NCBI RefSeq assembly: GCF_006345805.1
Contig: NC_043005.1
Location: 63,612,001-63,676,000, forward strand
From: Octopus sinensis
Lineage: Eukaryota
Direction of reading: 5' to 3'
Length of the DNA stretch: 64,000 nucleotides
Shown here: in pieces, positions 39,239 to 52,900 of the stretch
Layout: each line of letters starts with the position of its first letter
Position numbering within the stretch: position 1 is the stretch's first letter
Notes under the pieces: generated by a model
Database searches by the model: none
The model's input: the letters and a program-made list of their open reading frames with translations, nothing else
Told to the model about the DNA's origin: nothing
Position numbers and translations under genes: made by a program

Positions 39239-39303
<65 letters not shown>

Positions 39304-39533
39304 TATATATATGTATATGTATGTATATATGTATTAGCATCTACTAATACTTTGCATAACCCACGTCCCCACCTTGTTGTTTTTTTGTGTTTTTTCTTTA
39401 TTTTACTTTTTAGGAAGGAGTATATATATAATCCCCCTAAAAAACGAAAAAAAAACACAAGAAAAAAAACAACGAGAGGACGTGGTTGATGCAAAGTATT
39501 AGCAGACGCTCAGGGAAGGAAGGACATGTAATT

Positions 39534-39568
<35 letters not shown>

Positions 39569-40755
39569 TATATACATATATAGGTATGTATACACCATGC
39601 ACACGCACATACGCGCGCACATTCTTCCTATGTTTATCTGTTCCTTGTCATATTACGTTCTAATTCGTTTTATTCTTATTGACTGTAGATAATTTCAATT
39701 CTATGGGAGAGATTATTTCAGCTCAGAGTAGTAAGGTAACAAAACCTTCATCAGAAACATAAACTCTCTCGTTTGCACAGTCTGAGTATACTCGTCATGC
39801 TGCCAAATATGTAAGAAGGCATATTTCATTGTTCACATTGCGTTTTCTTTTCATCAAACACACTGCACGGCGTCACTATTGGAGCATGCACATTCAATCC
39901 TTCAACTGCAGCTTCATATTTTGGACTGGTACAATCCTGCTTCATTTACTTGCGACACGTTCAAGACTGAACTTGTAGAACATCTAGAAATGACCAAGAA
40001 ATAATATGCTTGAAATAATCCGTTGGTATCTCAATGAATGATTGTTGCAGCCAAAATTTGTGATAGTAGAGAAAAGTAGCTTAATATTTAGAATCATAGT
40101 GTCACTAAACTTTTATTAATAGATAATATTATATGATATTATTCGTTCATCTTCTATTTGAAAGAACTTCCACTCTATTATTCTTTACTAAAACTTATAT
40201 GACTTCTGTCGTTAACTAACAACTCTCGGATTATATGATAACCTTATCACTCGATGTTTGTCATATTGAATGTGTTTACGACATTCCCAAGACGTAGTCA
40301 AGTAAGATAATTCTGAGCTTCAGATTTAGTTAATTCTAAGTTATATTTTTTTGTTTTACCACTTTTTTTAATGTTTTATTATGATTTCTAATTGTTTTAA
40401 ATCGCTGAAGCAGCCATACGGACACACCGATAATTTTTATGGCGATTTTTCGCTGGTGTTTTTATTACGTTTATTTAAGTTACCCGTTATATACTATTAA
40501 TCACGACTTTGCAATAATTTCTTTAGAGAAAACTGGTGAGAGACAGTTGAAGATGATGGTTCAAGATGTCTTTGAGAAGATTTGGAGGATATTTTGTTAG
40601 AAATGTAAAGCGCTTTCAAAATTTCATTGCTCGATATGGCGTCCAGAAGTCATTAGATCATAATTCATCAACGAGTAACTTACATTCTTCATTTAAGCAC
40701 AGTATGTCAGTATAAGCTTGAGAACTTTCTGCAACTGCTTAAATAATCTATTATT

Positions 40756-41134
40756 CAGTTCTATATTTGAGAGATTAGGAATTATTTACATTATTTACAT
40801 TCGACGGATATTTGTCCTCATCTTGTTTGTTGCCCACGGTCATATGCCGTAGTGGTTAAGAGCGCGGGCTACTAACCCTAAGTTCGATTCCAATCAGTGA
40901 CATGAACAATAGCAATAACAATAATAATAATAGCAATAACAACAACAACAACAAAAACAATAATAATAGTAGTAATAATAATAGTAATAATAATAATAAC
41001 AACAACAACATCGAAAAATACTTTAGGAATGAGAACCCAGTTTCGAAATCCCCCCAAGACACCTGAAGAAGGCTGGAGGGTATATCAGCCGAAACAAGAT
41101 GAGGACAAATATCCGTCGAATGTAAATAATGTAA
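40756..41134 (+). mobile_element. tRNA-headed SINE-like element with PLE-type hammerhead tail and an inverted tail copy at its 5' side
   Basis: 40756-40833 is an inverted tail. 40834-40890 holds A box tagtggttaag and B box gttcgattcc. 40905-41010 is (AAT/AAC)n. 41058-41134 reads GACAC-CUGAAGA-A-GGCUG..CAGCC-GAAAC + aagatgaggacaaatatccgtcgaatgtaaataatgt, matching 11658-11777. Confidence 0.75.
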
Positions 41135-42487
41135 TATATTATTATTGTTGTTTAGCTTCAGCTCAACTTTGTTCGAGCAGACCTTTGGAACAAATGTATT
41201 CCATCGACGACCATTACATATCTCTGGAAATATTAACTCATGCCTTTATTAATTTAAGACTATGGTATGTAATTCAATGGAGATTAGACTGGTATTTCTA
41301 GCAGATTGCGTAAAGCAGCAATGCTTCATTGTTAACATAATAAGAATTTTGAGAAATCTTTTTGCATCTAATAGCATTGGATTATTATGATATAACACTG
41401 TGTGTGTGTGAGTGCGTATGTATGTGTGCGTGCGTGTATGAGTGTGCATGTGTACGGGCGTGTGTGTATGTGTGATATTAAAACAGGATTGTCACGTTTT
41501 TGTACAGTGCTCTATTATATCATGTTTTACATATTCAATTTGTTTTTGCATTATTTAAATTGTGCAGAATATGAATCTAGTTTTTATATCTCGTATTTGG
41601 TACGCTTTATATATTTACAAAACTTATTATTCATGCTTTTAATACTACACATATCAAAGAAAAACTCACTTCCCATAAAAAAAATACTTATACAAAGAAA
41701 AAAACTATACACCCAGATGCACTCACAAACAAAATCACGCATTCACATCATGCATATATATACATACATTCTTCACATATATCCATTGGATAAATCCATA
41801 CTCTGATTTTAACATAAGACTTTGATGTTTGTCCAATTAGCAATTGTATACAATATCAATACATTTAATCAGAATTTTTTTGAAGTTTAATCTCCAACCT
41901 CATTTATTCAAAATGACTTTGTTGACTTTTTATACTACTCTCATAATCCTTTCTCATTTTGGAATCAGCTCCCATCTACTTCTATCACTCACTCTCTCTC
42001 TCTCTCTCGTTCCCTCTCTTCAACCGCTCATATTAATCTGCCCTTTGTCACGTTGCGTTATAATTCTTTTTAATACTACTATACTTTTTCTGCTTCATCT
42101 TTTTTTCTTTTTTCTATCATTAAACGTCTTTCTTCCATTATTTTCATTTTTTCGTCGCCTTTCAGTCTCCCTATATATCCTCAGACATATACATCTATCC
42201 ACATACATAAATGTATATATTTGTGTGTCACATTATATATGTATGAATATATGCATATATACATGCTTACATGCACACACATTCACACGCGCACATATCT
42301 ATATATATTGTAGAATCTGTCTCTGAGTGATGAGTGGTTTCATTGTAAATGTATTAGTACCAAGTAAAATATTTATATAATCATCCTTATATACAAACAT
42401 ACTTACGTAGTAACACATATACAATGTATGCTGCTTAGTATTTTGTTCACCAAACTATCGATTCTGCCTTCAATATAATTTAATAAT

Positions 42488-43027
42488 GGTTTCAAATTTT
42501 GGTACAAGGCCAGAAATAAGTCGATTACATCGATACCAGTGTCACACTGGTACTTATTTTATGAAGGCAAAAATCAATCTCAGCAGAATTTCGACTCAGA
42601 GCGTAAATACCAATTTCTTTACTACCCAAAAGGGGCTAAACACAGAGGGGACAAACAAGGACAGACAAACGGATTAAGTCGATTATATCGACCCCAGTGC
42701 ATAACTGGTACTTATTTAATCGACCCCGAAAGGATGAAAGGCAAAGTCGACCTCGGCCGAATCCGAACTCAGAACGTAGCGGCAGACGAAATATCTATTT
42801 CTTTACTACCCATAAGGAGCTAAACATAGAGAGTACAAACAAGGACAGACAAACGGATTAAGTCGATTATATCGACCTCCAGTGCGTAACTGGTACTTAA
42901 TTTATCGACCCCGAGAGGATGAAAGGCAAAGTCGACCTCGGCGGAATTTGAACTCAGAACGTAACCACAGACGAAATACGGCTACGCATTTCGCCCGACG
43001 TGTTAACGTTTCTGCCAGCTCGCCGCA
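42488..43027 (-). mobile_element. Three abutting SINE family A copies (42488-42609, 42612-42792, 42793-43027)
   Basis: The block atttctttactaccc..gacaaacggattaagtcgattatatcgacc..gatgaaaggcaaagtcgacctcggc recurs; only the last copy has the full head. Confidence 0.9.
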
Positions 43028-44138
43028 TTCAATATAATCTCATATACAGTAGAATTGTAATAAATATATTTACTGAGAATTTGATTGCTAACACAGAAGC
43101 CAATGTTTCACTCTTCAACGATATTTCCAAGTAGTTTTAAAAGCCTATACAATTTCAGTGATAAATGTAACACAGGAAGTTGCTTCAGTAATGCTTCCAG
43201 TATTAATATATACATGCATATATGTGTATATGTATGTATATATAAATGTATGGCAATATTTTTGTACATACATTCATATGTACATACATACATGAATACG
43301 GATATATAACTCTGCATATGTATGCATGTATGTATGTATGTATGTATGTATGTATGTACGCATATGTATCATTAAGCAGACCTAGAGGAAAGAAGACATA
43401 CTATTAATACAGTTGCGAATAGCGACAAAAAGTCTTTGACAATCCTAGATTAGTGATTAATTGATTGATCGAGCGATTAATTAACAATCGATTACTTAAC
43501 TGGCTAAATTGATCAACTGATTAAACAATTGACAATTGACAAATATAGAAGTGAAATACAACCGGTGCGTGAGATTATTATTGGCATAATGACCCTCGGA
43601 GATATATTTGTTTCATCAATGTATTCATACATATCATGTTAGCACGTTCAATTATTATTATAGTCTTTTTACATTCTGCCTCTCTACCTCCAAATGCAGC
43701 TCACTTTTATTTCTTTACTCTTTCTAATATTCTCGTTAAATCACTTTCATTTTTACTTTCCAGCGTCCATTATCTCTTTCTTTCTCTGTTTACTGTTTAA
43801 CTTTTCTCTCTTTGTTTATTCAACACATTATGTACCAACTTATCTATTAACAAGAAAATTATATTCGTTTCATCAATATATTCCTGTAGTCTAGCTGGTT
43901 GTCTGACATACACATATTCTGAAAAAAAAAAAATAGATAAAAAATATAGATAAAAGGAAAATATTATGAAGGAACATACAAAGAAATAACACAAAACAAA
44001 CGATGTAAATTAAAGGGGGAGTATGACCACACAGAAAGAGTGTGTTGTATCTCAGAATCTTGTTATTCCAGTTGAAGAAATATAATTATCTGATAATATC
44101 TAAGTTTCTTTTGAAGACTGAAAACGTTAAGAATGCAT

Positions 44139-44186
<48 letters not shown>

Positions 44187-44623
44187 CACACAGTTATATG
44201 TAATTCCTTACACCGAAATACACAGGAAATCACATGCATTATTATATTACAAACGAGTGGGTCAGATATGGAATGCAAAATCTTATTCATATTCAAACAT
44301 TAATACAAAATTCTGTACTCTTTCTCAGTGTGTATGTATGTATCTATCTATCTATCTATCTATCTATCTAGTTATTTACGTGAGTGTGTATGTTTTTGTT
44401 AATTTATTCGTGTGTGAAATAATTATATTATTGTATATTATTGATGTGCAAGTATTGTAATTGTAGGTTTACAGTAATCGTCCTATAAGATTCTGATGCT
44501 TGATCAACTAACGATTGAGGCATTCGACTTTCTTTTTCTTGCCAATGATTTATGCTCAGAAACAACCATAAATTTACCAAACATTAAGCAGGAAGGTATT
44601 TCGTTAACCAATTGCTTAGTAAA

Positions 44624-45866
44624 TATTATTATTGTTGCTTTATGTTTGACTTTTGCTTTGCATTTGTACAAGTTGGCTCCAAGTCTCACCCAGAGACCTC
44701 AAGAGACAACAAATTAGAATTCATGCTGGTGTTATGCATAGGGTGCCATATATTTAGTTTTATACATAGTATTGTTCTAGAGAATGTTTAAGAAACCATA
44801 AGAAAATTATGAGTTTGTTTTAAAATTTAAGATTACATAATCAGTATTTTACGTAGGATATGGGTAGTTCCCATGAGCATTATCTTTTGAATTTCTGCCA
44901 TTTTGGGGCTTCCTGGTATCTGAGCTAGGTAGCAATCAGCCCCTTTTGCTCTCATTTTTAGGTCACCTATGACAGCAAGTATTGTTCTACATTTTGCTAA
45001 TTTCTATTTCAAGATCATTATACTTGCTCAGTTTTTGGTAGGTCTTGACAGATATGTTTATATCAATTGGGACAGCTATATCAATGAGGAGGCATGATTT
45101 ATGTCTGAAGTCTTTTAATATAATGTCTGGCCTATTTGCATCTATCTTTCTGTCAGTTTGAATGGTGAAGTTCCGGAGGAGTGAGATGTAATCATTTTCA
45201 AGCACTGGAGGTGGTTTGTGTTCCCGCAAGTTTTTATCATAGGGCAGGTCCAGGTTTTTGCAAATTACCCCGTGAATATGTTGTGCAGCTCTATCATGCC
45301 CGCTGAGATACTCTGTGGTCGCAAGAAGACTGCATATGGAGACAACATGATCAATGGTTTCATTTTGTTGTTGATATACACGAAATATTGTGAAGCTACC
45401 GTTCTTTAATATGTTGGCCTGGTAGTTTCTTGTAAGTAAGCATTGATCTTGGGCTGCTATGATAAACCCTTCTATTTCTGATTTTAAGCCATATGCTATT
45501 ATCCATTGATGGGTAAGGGCTTTGTCAACATCGGCATTATTAGCTCTCTTTGGGTATTTGCCATTGAGCGGTTTTCTTGCCATTTATCAGTAAGAATATC
45601 TAAGGCAGCAGTTTTAGCACGGGTTTTCATACGCTTAGCTTTTTCTCTGCTTGTTTCTAGTACATCAAATTCTGTAATTTGTATTTGGAATTCACTTATA
45701 TATTCCTTTGCCTGTTTTGTTACTGAGTATGATGCTTTGCTGTTTTCATGTTTTGAGACAAGTTTTAACATCCAGTCCTCAGAGTTTTTCAGGTAGGTGT
45801 CTAGGCCAATTGTGGGAATCTTCATTGTTAATGCCAGTTGTAAAAGTCCACGGCCTCCTCTTTTCT
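44624..45866 (-). mobile_element. 5'-truncated R4/Dong-type LINE (RLE end), same family as 59830-63872
   Basis: GLKSEIEGFIIAAQDQCLLTR..DHVVSIC..GHDRAAQHIH..DANRPDIILKD..LIDIAVP..KLSKYNDLE. Aligns with 62620-63872; both ends abut (AAT)n in element orientation. Confidence 0.93.
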
Positions 45867-48800
45867 TCTTCTTCTTATTATTATTATTATTATTACTTGG
45901 TTTCTATATAATGAAACTGTCATTTGAAGGTAAGAGGGTGCAGCCTCTACATTATTTCATAATCTTTTTCTAAGAAATAGTAAGTAAATCTCCTTTGATC
46001 ACACACTATTGTGTTAAATAGCGAAGGCTATATTGAACAATATGATGATTAATGTAAACATAGTCAGGAGGGTCCGAGCTGGAAAGAGATTATGGCGCCA
46101 GGTCTGTTGAACTTCACCTCAAGCAGCAACGCCACCTTTAAATGTAGAATAATTGTATAAAGCTTGGTGTACGGAATAATGTGCACTAAAAATATCTGTA
46201 ATTAATTGGGGTTTGCGTTTTAGTTTTTAAAAAGAAATGAAATGATATCAGTAATTGTTTGCGACTCTGAAAGAAAAGAAGACTGGCATCTAAAGACTGG
46301 AGATAAGGGACTCGAGCTTTCGTGTCGTAATGCCATTAATAATGCACGGAATAAACGCTAACTTGGAGGAACTCGTGCAATCATTAGCATATTGCTGCCA
46401 ACGCTGCTTCCAGTGATTTGACAGTTGATATGTTGGCATGGGTGGGGTTCAGATTATTCAGAATTTTTTATGGTTGTTCAAGCTATTCATATATCTTCAG
46501 TACAAATAAGTGCAATAGTGGCGCCTTCTGGATTAATTACTCACATCTAATCGTTCTATAATTGTATCATTATTGCATAAGATGAGATGGATGATACTAC
46601 TTTTTTTTCCATTTTACTATTAAAATTTTTAATTGGCAATTGTAATTTTTTTTCTTTTTAGTCTTTTAAAGATATCTTTTAAGGAAATGTCAGTCAATAA
46701 ATGGAAGTAGATTAATGAATTTGTTGTATTTGCTTTGTTTCATCAGTGTAAAAGATCCTAATAAATGATTTGCAATTTGGCAATGAGAAATAGAAATTTG
46801 GAGCCGTCATTGTGAAAGAATATTTCAAAGCAAGCATAGCAATAATTTGGTAGCCCTATTTTCTATTTCAAGTTCACGAGAAGTTGTCATGATCAGAAAA
46901 ATAACGTTTTCATCATATGGTTGCGCACGTTATAAAATAACCTCTTCTAAAACTTCCATCAAGCATTCATATATAATTACAAAAGAATCTTCATCCAATC
47001 AGAGAGAAAGCCTAATGATGTTCTTTGCCTTGGAAATAGCTAACATTTTTCTGGGAGAGGATGCCATGAAATAGTTGAGAGTCTGGAGTTCATGTACAAT
47101 AACATGGAGCGCTAGAAAATTAAAGATATGATGCCGGCATGCAACTCCCGTTGAGAGAGAAAATAAAGACAGTCTTCAAAAATCAGTATGTAACATGATG
47201 AATTAACTAAGAGTGAATTACTCATATTTGTACACTGAAGATTTTGTGATCTAGTTCTTCTTTGGTAACCAAGAGTTATCATTAGATTTTATTGGATTTA
47301 TTTGCACGGATAGAGTCTGTTATAATTGTAAACACATTTCGTATTTGATGCTCCAGTCAAGAACATGCGATTTCCATATATGGTATTCTCAATTTTCATA
47401 AACAGTATTCGGTATTCTACATCACCAGTCACAAAGCACTGCCGAAAAACTTAGTAAAGCAAATGAGAATATCTGCGATAATAGTCAACTTTGTTCAACG
47501 AGATGTACTGAATTATCGGTTAAAACCAAAATATTGCATTGAGATCGGAGCAAACATTTGTGCTTCAACGTACCATATGCTGTGGCTGAGACGTGGCCGA
47601 ATTTTCGCGCCGCTTATGTATTGGAAAATTGGATTCAAATTCTCGAAGTTTTCAAGCATTTTTTTTATATCCTCTTACTAACAATTTTGAAAGACATGTA
47701 GCTTTTAGCATGGAATATTTTGGCCAATATTTTCAGTCTAATCAAAGATTTGAAGAAATTGATCCGGGAAAATATATTTCAAATCAGAGCGTTTACAAAG
47801 AAATTAACGATTTTGGGGCGTTTTGCCCAAAGCGGAAATCTGGCGAACTTTCCACTATTTGACGTTATTCTTAGTGAGGAAGGCAAATAATGTTTTGTAG
47901 AATTCAAAGTTTTGAGAGTTACATATCAATTATTGTTGATCTGAACTTGGAATTCCTCTCGATTCTTACTACGAAAAAGCGCATGACTTCATTGAGTTCT
48001 AAGATTCAAGAAAGAACAATTATTTCTTATACGTGGGAAACAGCTTACCCAAATGGATATCAAAAGCAATTAGAGTTTTAGTTTCTCTGTCTCAATGAAC
48101 CTGCGATCATGTACAGAAGTGAACTAATCTACTTAAAGTGTCATACGGCATGTGCGACATGTCAGATGACATGCGAATAACCTTTTCTACGTCTCGATTG
48201 CACAAAACATCATTGATATCAGCTGTGATATAATGTGGTGTAGATATTAAAAATAGTTTAAGCTTTAGTTCTTCTCATCCTTTTATGATAATATAACTAA
48301 ACTCTGAGAATTAAAAGTTCTGATTCAAAATCGGAAACAAATGAATGTAAATTATGTTTTGAAGTATTTATGGGTAGCTCCATATTTGTTGCTTGACGTT
48401 TACATATAAAACCATTGTGACAAAATCCCCTTAGTTTTCTACCCTGCTCTGATCCTGATTAAACATATGTAAAGTGAAAATAAGCTATACACGAATTTTG
48501 AAATCTGAGAATTTGGAAAAAGAACCAGTACTTAGTCATACTGGCTTCTATTACGACTTATATAAATAATTATTTCGACTGTCTCAGAAAGGGTGTATGA
48601 CAACATATTGAGTAATCATTTCGGACGCTTGAAACGTAAAAAAGTTTTAGAATCCCTATTTTATTCCGTTGCTTGGCAATACGTTTTATGATATTACTCT
48701 GGCTATAATGCCCTTCATCAGAGTCCTGCTTAGTCAGAATTCATATAAGGTTAAGCAACAGCAACGTTGCCTTTTGTGCGGCTTAAAATTCATTTCTTGT

Positions 48801-49661
48801 AAACTCCCTATGTAAGTTAAATAGATACTTAGTTCATGTCTTTCTCGCTCATGCAGATCAAATTCTTTCACAATTCATTATAACAAAAATCAGCGGATTT
48901 TTAAATATCCATTGATTTAGACTGTAGTAACATAACATTCACTCTGATTAAAAAAACCAAGTTTTTATGGCCTCATGAAATAATTTTATTTCGTTGTCAT
49001 AGCTACACAAACTGTAATAATTGCTTGTTGCTTGTGTAGTTGAACCCGAACCATCTCTGATCAAGGTAACCAATGATTAAAGACATTGCTCCCATAAACA
49101 ACTCCCTTTTTGGGTAGAGTGCACCAAAGACAACATTATCTAGCATGGCCTGCTCTTTTAAGACAGTAGAATGTGTCTTCAGGGTGACGTAGTCGCTGCT
49201 TCTAGCAGGTCGAGTGACTGTGTACATGCTCCCTTGTTGGTCCGTTGAATTTTATGACTGGTTGACTTTTATGGGAGCCTAATCTAATCTGAAGCATTAT
49301 GGAAATTTTAATTCACGATTTTCTTTGATTCAATTTTTTTTAAACGTTTTTGTTTAGCATAAAATTTCAAATTGCTGAAAAGTGAGATGCAATTTTCGTT
49401 GAACCAAAATTGAATGTGTATCAATCAAAAGAATGTTAAATGAAATACTGAAACTCAAACCATTTTCAAAACTCAGTAAGCAACTGGAATTCGTTTTCGA
49501 ACAATTATGACAATCAGTTTTGTTCAGTATTTCTATTTAAAAGGCTAACTGTATAGAGGATAAGTAGAGGACACTAAAAAAATGTAGAATAATAAATGGA
49601 CATAAGTATTTTATTTGACATGCTAAATATCCTGCATGTACTCTAATATAATATTCTACAT

Positions 49662-49970
49662 GTGTCTTGCTCGAGAACACAACACGCAGTCCCAGACCGG
49701 GCTGCGTGTTGTGTTCTCGAGCAAGACACTTTATTTCACGTTGCTCCAGTTCACTCAGCTGTAGAAATGAGTTGCGACGTCACTGGTGCCAAGCTGTATC
49801 GACCTTTGTCTTTCCCTTGGATAACACTGGTGGCATGGAGAGGGGAGGCTGGTATGCATGGGCGACTGCTGGTCTTCCATAAACAACCTTGCCCGGACTT
49901 GTGTCTAGGAGGGTAACTTTCTAGGTGCAATCCCATGGTCATTCATGACCGAAGGGGGTCTTTACCCTTT
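49662..49970 (+). mobile_element. SINE family C copy whose head is replaced by a perfect 28-bp snap-back
   Basis: The body matches 57205-57470; 49662-49689 is the exact reverse complement of 49702-49729. Confidence 0.9.
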
Positions 49971-52900
49971 TACATGTAATCTAACGTAATCAGCCCATTT
50001 ATCTTCATGTATCTGAATTTCGTAAACAGGCTTTTAAATCGTAGCGTAGTTGAATATTCTGTGGGTGGTTTCAATACTTCTTTCCAATATTAATTCGAGT
50101 TTACATTTCAATTTCTGTATCTAGTCATTTGTTTGAAATTCCTTAAATGTAGCTTCATAGAATCAGAGATTATATAAATATGGAACTAATATTCTCACTG
50201 AAACAAATTTGAACAATGTTAATTCTTGCCTAGAAAAAAAAAACAAAAGTTTTAGAATATTCTAAACATTTCATACGCGGCGATTGAATAAAAGAAATGA
50301 AGTTTATGCATCTTGCAGCTGATGTATTGTTTCGCTACATTTACTTAAAATTATATTACATTTCGTTTGAGAATTATACAAGAAATGTTAAAAGTATTTA
50401 TATGAAATAAGGCGAGAATTAAATCGCGTGAAATAAAATATGTAAGTTTTCGAAATAGTGGGAGTGATGATGATAATGAAGTTCATGGATTATTAGCAGG
50501 AAAAATCTTTGGAAACCTTATTTTATATTTTTATTTTATTTTATTTATTTATTTATTTATTTAATCATTTTGTGTTTACCTTATGTAAAGGTAGATCAAT
50601 ATTTCTTAAAGCTACACTGGAAAAGGAACTGAACACAGTAATACGAACCAAAAAAAAACAATTTCTGAACCAACAATAGAGCAACTAGCGAACCAAAAAC
50701 AAAACCTTTACAGCCAACATGACAATCTCACCAGCTATTTAAGAAATTCCAAAGCTAATAGGGGATCTTTTCTCCCTCTAGTCGAAAAGAGTACCTCTCC
50801 AGTGAATGAGAGTTTTTTCAGCCCATGAAGAAATATCTCAAACTAGTAGAGACGCTTCAAACAACAAATAAATCGCTCAAGTCAATAAAGAGGGCTCTCC
50901 AAACAGTAAATAAGGGAGCTTCTATATTAATAAACGGTCTGCAAGAAATGGAGGCGATATCTCACTCAAATCACCCAATGCTTCACTGTACTTGACCTGT
51001 TTCCTTTTGTCTACTGGAAGGGGACAATGACCATAGCCTTTTACCAATCCTTCGAATCGTGTGTGTTTGTTGCCTTTAAAGTTCTGCTCATCCGTAAGAA
51101 AAACATAACGCCTGAAGTGAACGTTTTATGAGCTTGGCATTCCTGGAAAGCAGAACTAGGTGTAGGGGTTGCTGCGATGATGGAAGTGAAGTGAGGGGAG
51201 TAGACAATATAGTTGATAGGTGGATAGTAGACTAGTGTGTTAGGAGCGCCTAAGTGAAGGAGACACAAAACATCGTCCATATTTGAAAATCAGAAGCCAC
51301 AATAATAGAGTTAGAAAAGAGAGAGCGAGAGAGAGAGAGAGAGAGAGAGAGAGGCTGACAGGCAGATAGACTGAGAGACAAACAGACAGAAATGGCAGTA
51401 GTCCGGGTTGCACGAAACATGAAAAACAATGGATCGTCCCCACTTGAATGTGCTTTGACCATAGGCCAATGAGATTCAACGCTGAATTCCGGTTAAACAA
51501 AAATAACAACACTACCAGCAACAACAACGACGACAACATCAAATTTAAAATTACAGCAAGGTGGAATCTTGTGAGAGGGCATTATTCTTTAAGAAAATAT
51601 CTCATTCAATATACATTATTTTGCCGCAGAATTATATCACGAGAGTTTAAGGACTGAACAAGAAATAATGAAGATGAAACCCTATACAATAGATAGGTAT
51701 GAGTTCGAGATATACTACGAAAATTCCATTAAGTAATCTAGGATGCAAATTCTCTTATCCAAAGAGTTTTCGGAAAAGTGAAATGGAGAAACCTTTCTAT
51801 ATCATTTTTACGATCCAGTTTGAAATGCGGCAGTGATTCCGTTGCTGAGAGGATCTGCATATTAGTTATATAAATACAGAAAGAACAGCCAATTGAAACG
51901 TAGGAAGAAGACAATGCATTCGTCAGTTATTGTCCCGCTGTGTTTGGGGATTAAAAAACTTAAATTGATGATGATGATGATTTTGGGTAATTGTGAGAAT
52001 GAAGTTAGTGATGGTGAGAGGAAGTGATTAGGAGGCGGAGGAAGATACTAATAATTTTCGAATTCTAATCGAGCTTCTTTAAAAAAGGCAATGATATATT
52101 AGACAATGTAATGAGACATGGTGTCAAAATAACGGGACGGTCACGCCTAGAACGCCTTTGATCATAACTCTGCCAGATTAGTTCTAACCTAGACCGGAAG
52201 AATATCCATTAACAACAATAAGAGGCTAATGAGTGACCTTCTACAGCTCGCTTAGCCTACAAGATATAGAAACCAAATTTTCCTCACATCACTCAAGCTA
52301 GAACTAAGTTCTCAGAATAGAAATTAAGGTGTCAGCATAAGTTCAAAAATCAAATGGCTCCAAAGCATGTCTTTACTTACGTTTTGGCGATAATAGTGTT
52401 CTTGTAGTTGATGATGACGATGATGATGACGATTATGAAGATGGCAATTATGATGATGAGTTTTTTTTCCCTTGCACCTTGAAGCACTAATTTTAATTAA
52501 GGCTAATGAATTTTCTTCTCATTACGCTTATAATTTCATTTAATTATAAACTTATATCCAGCTCTTCATATTGTAGCCTGCACTTAACTATTCAATATGT
52601 AGAAGGTACCATTGGGAAATTTTCAAATATCATTAATTTCAATTGCTTAATCAGTGAATCATATTCACACCACTATTTTAAACTGTCCAAGTTGTTGTCT
52701 GGTCAGGAGACTTTGTGTTGATTATGCTTCGCTGAAGAAGCACGTCCGATGTTGTATCTCGAACTATCAAAGAACATACACACCATACATACCTCCATTT
52801 AATTTTTGATCAATTAAAATTTCGTGTGTTCTCTCCCTTTCTCACTCTGAGAGTAATTTTCTTTAACTGTAATATATTTTCATCTCATTACAGCTATGAT

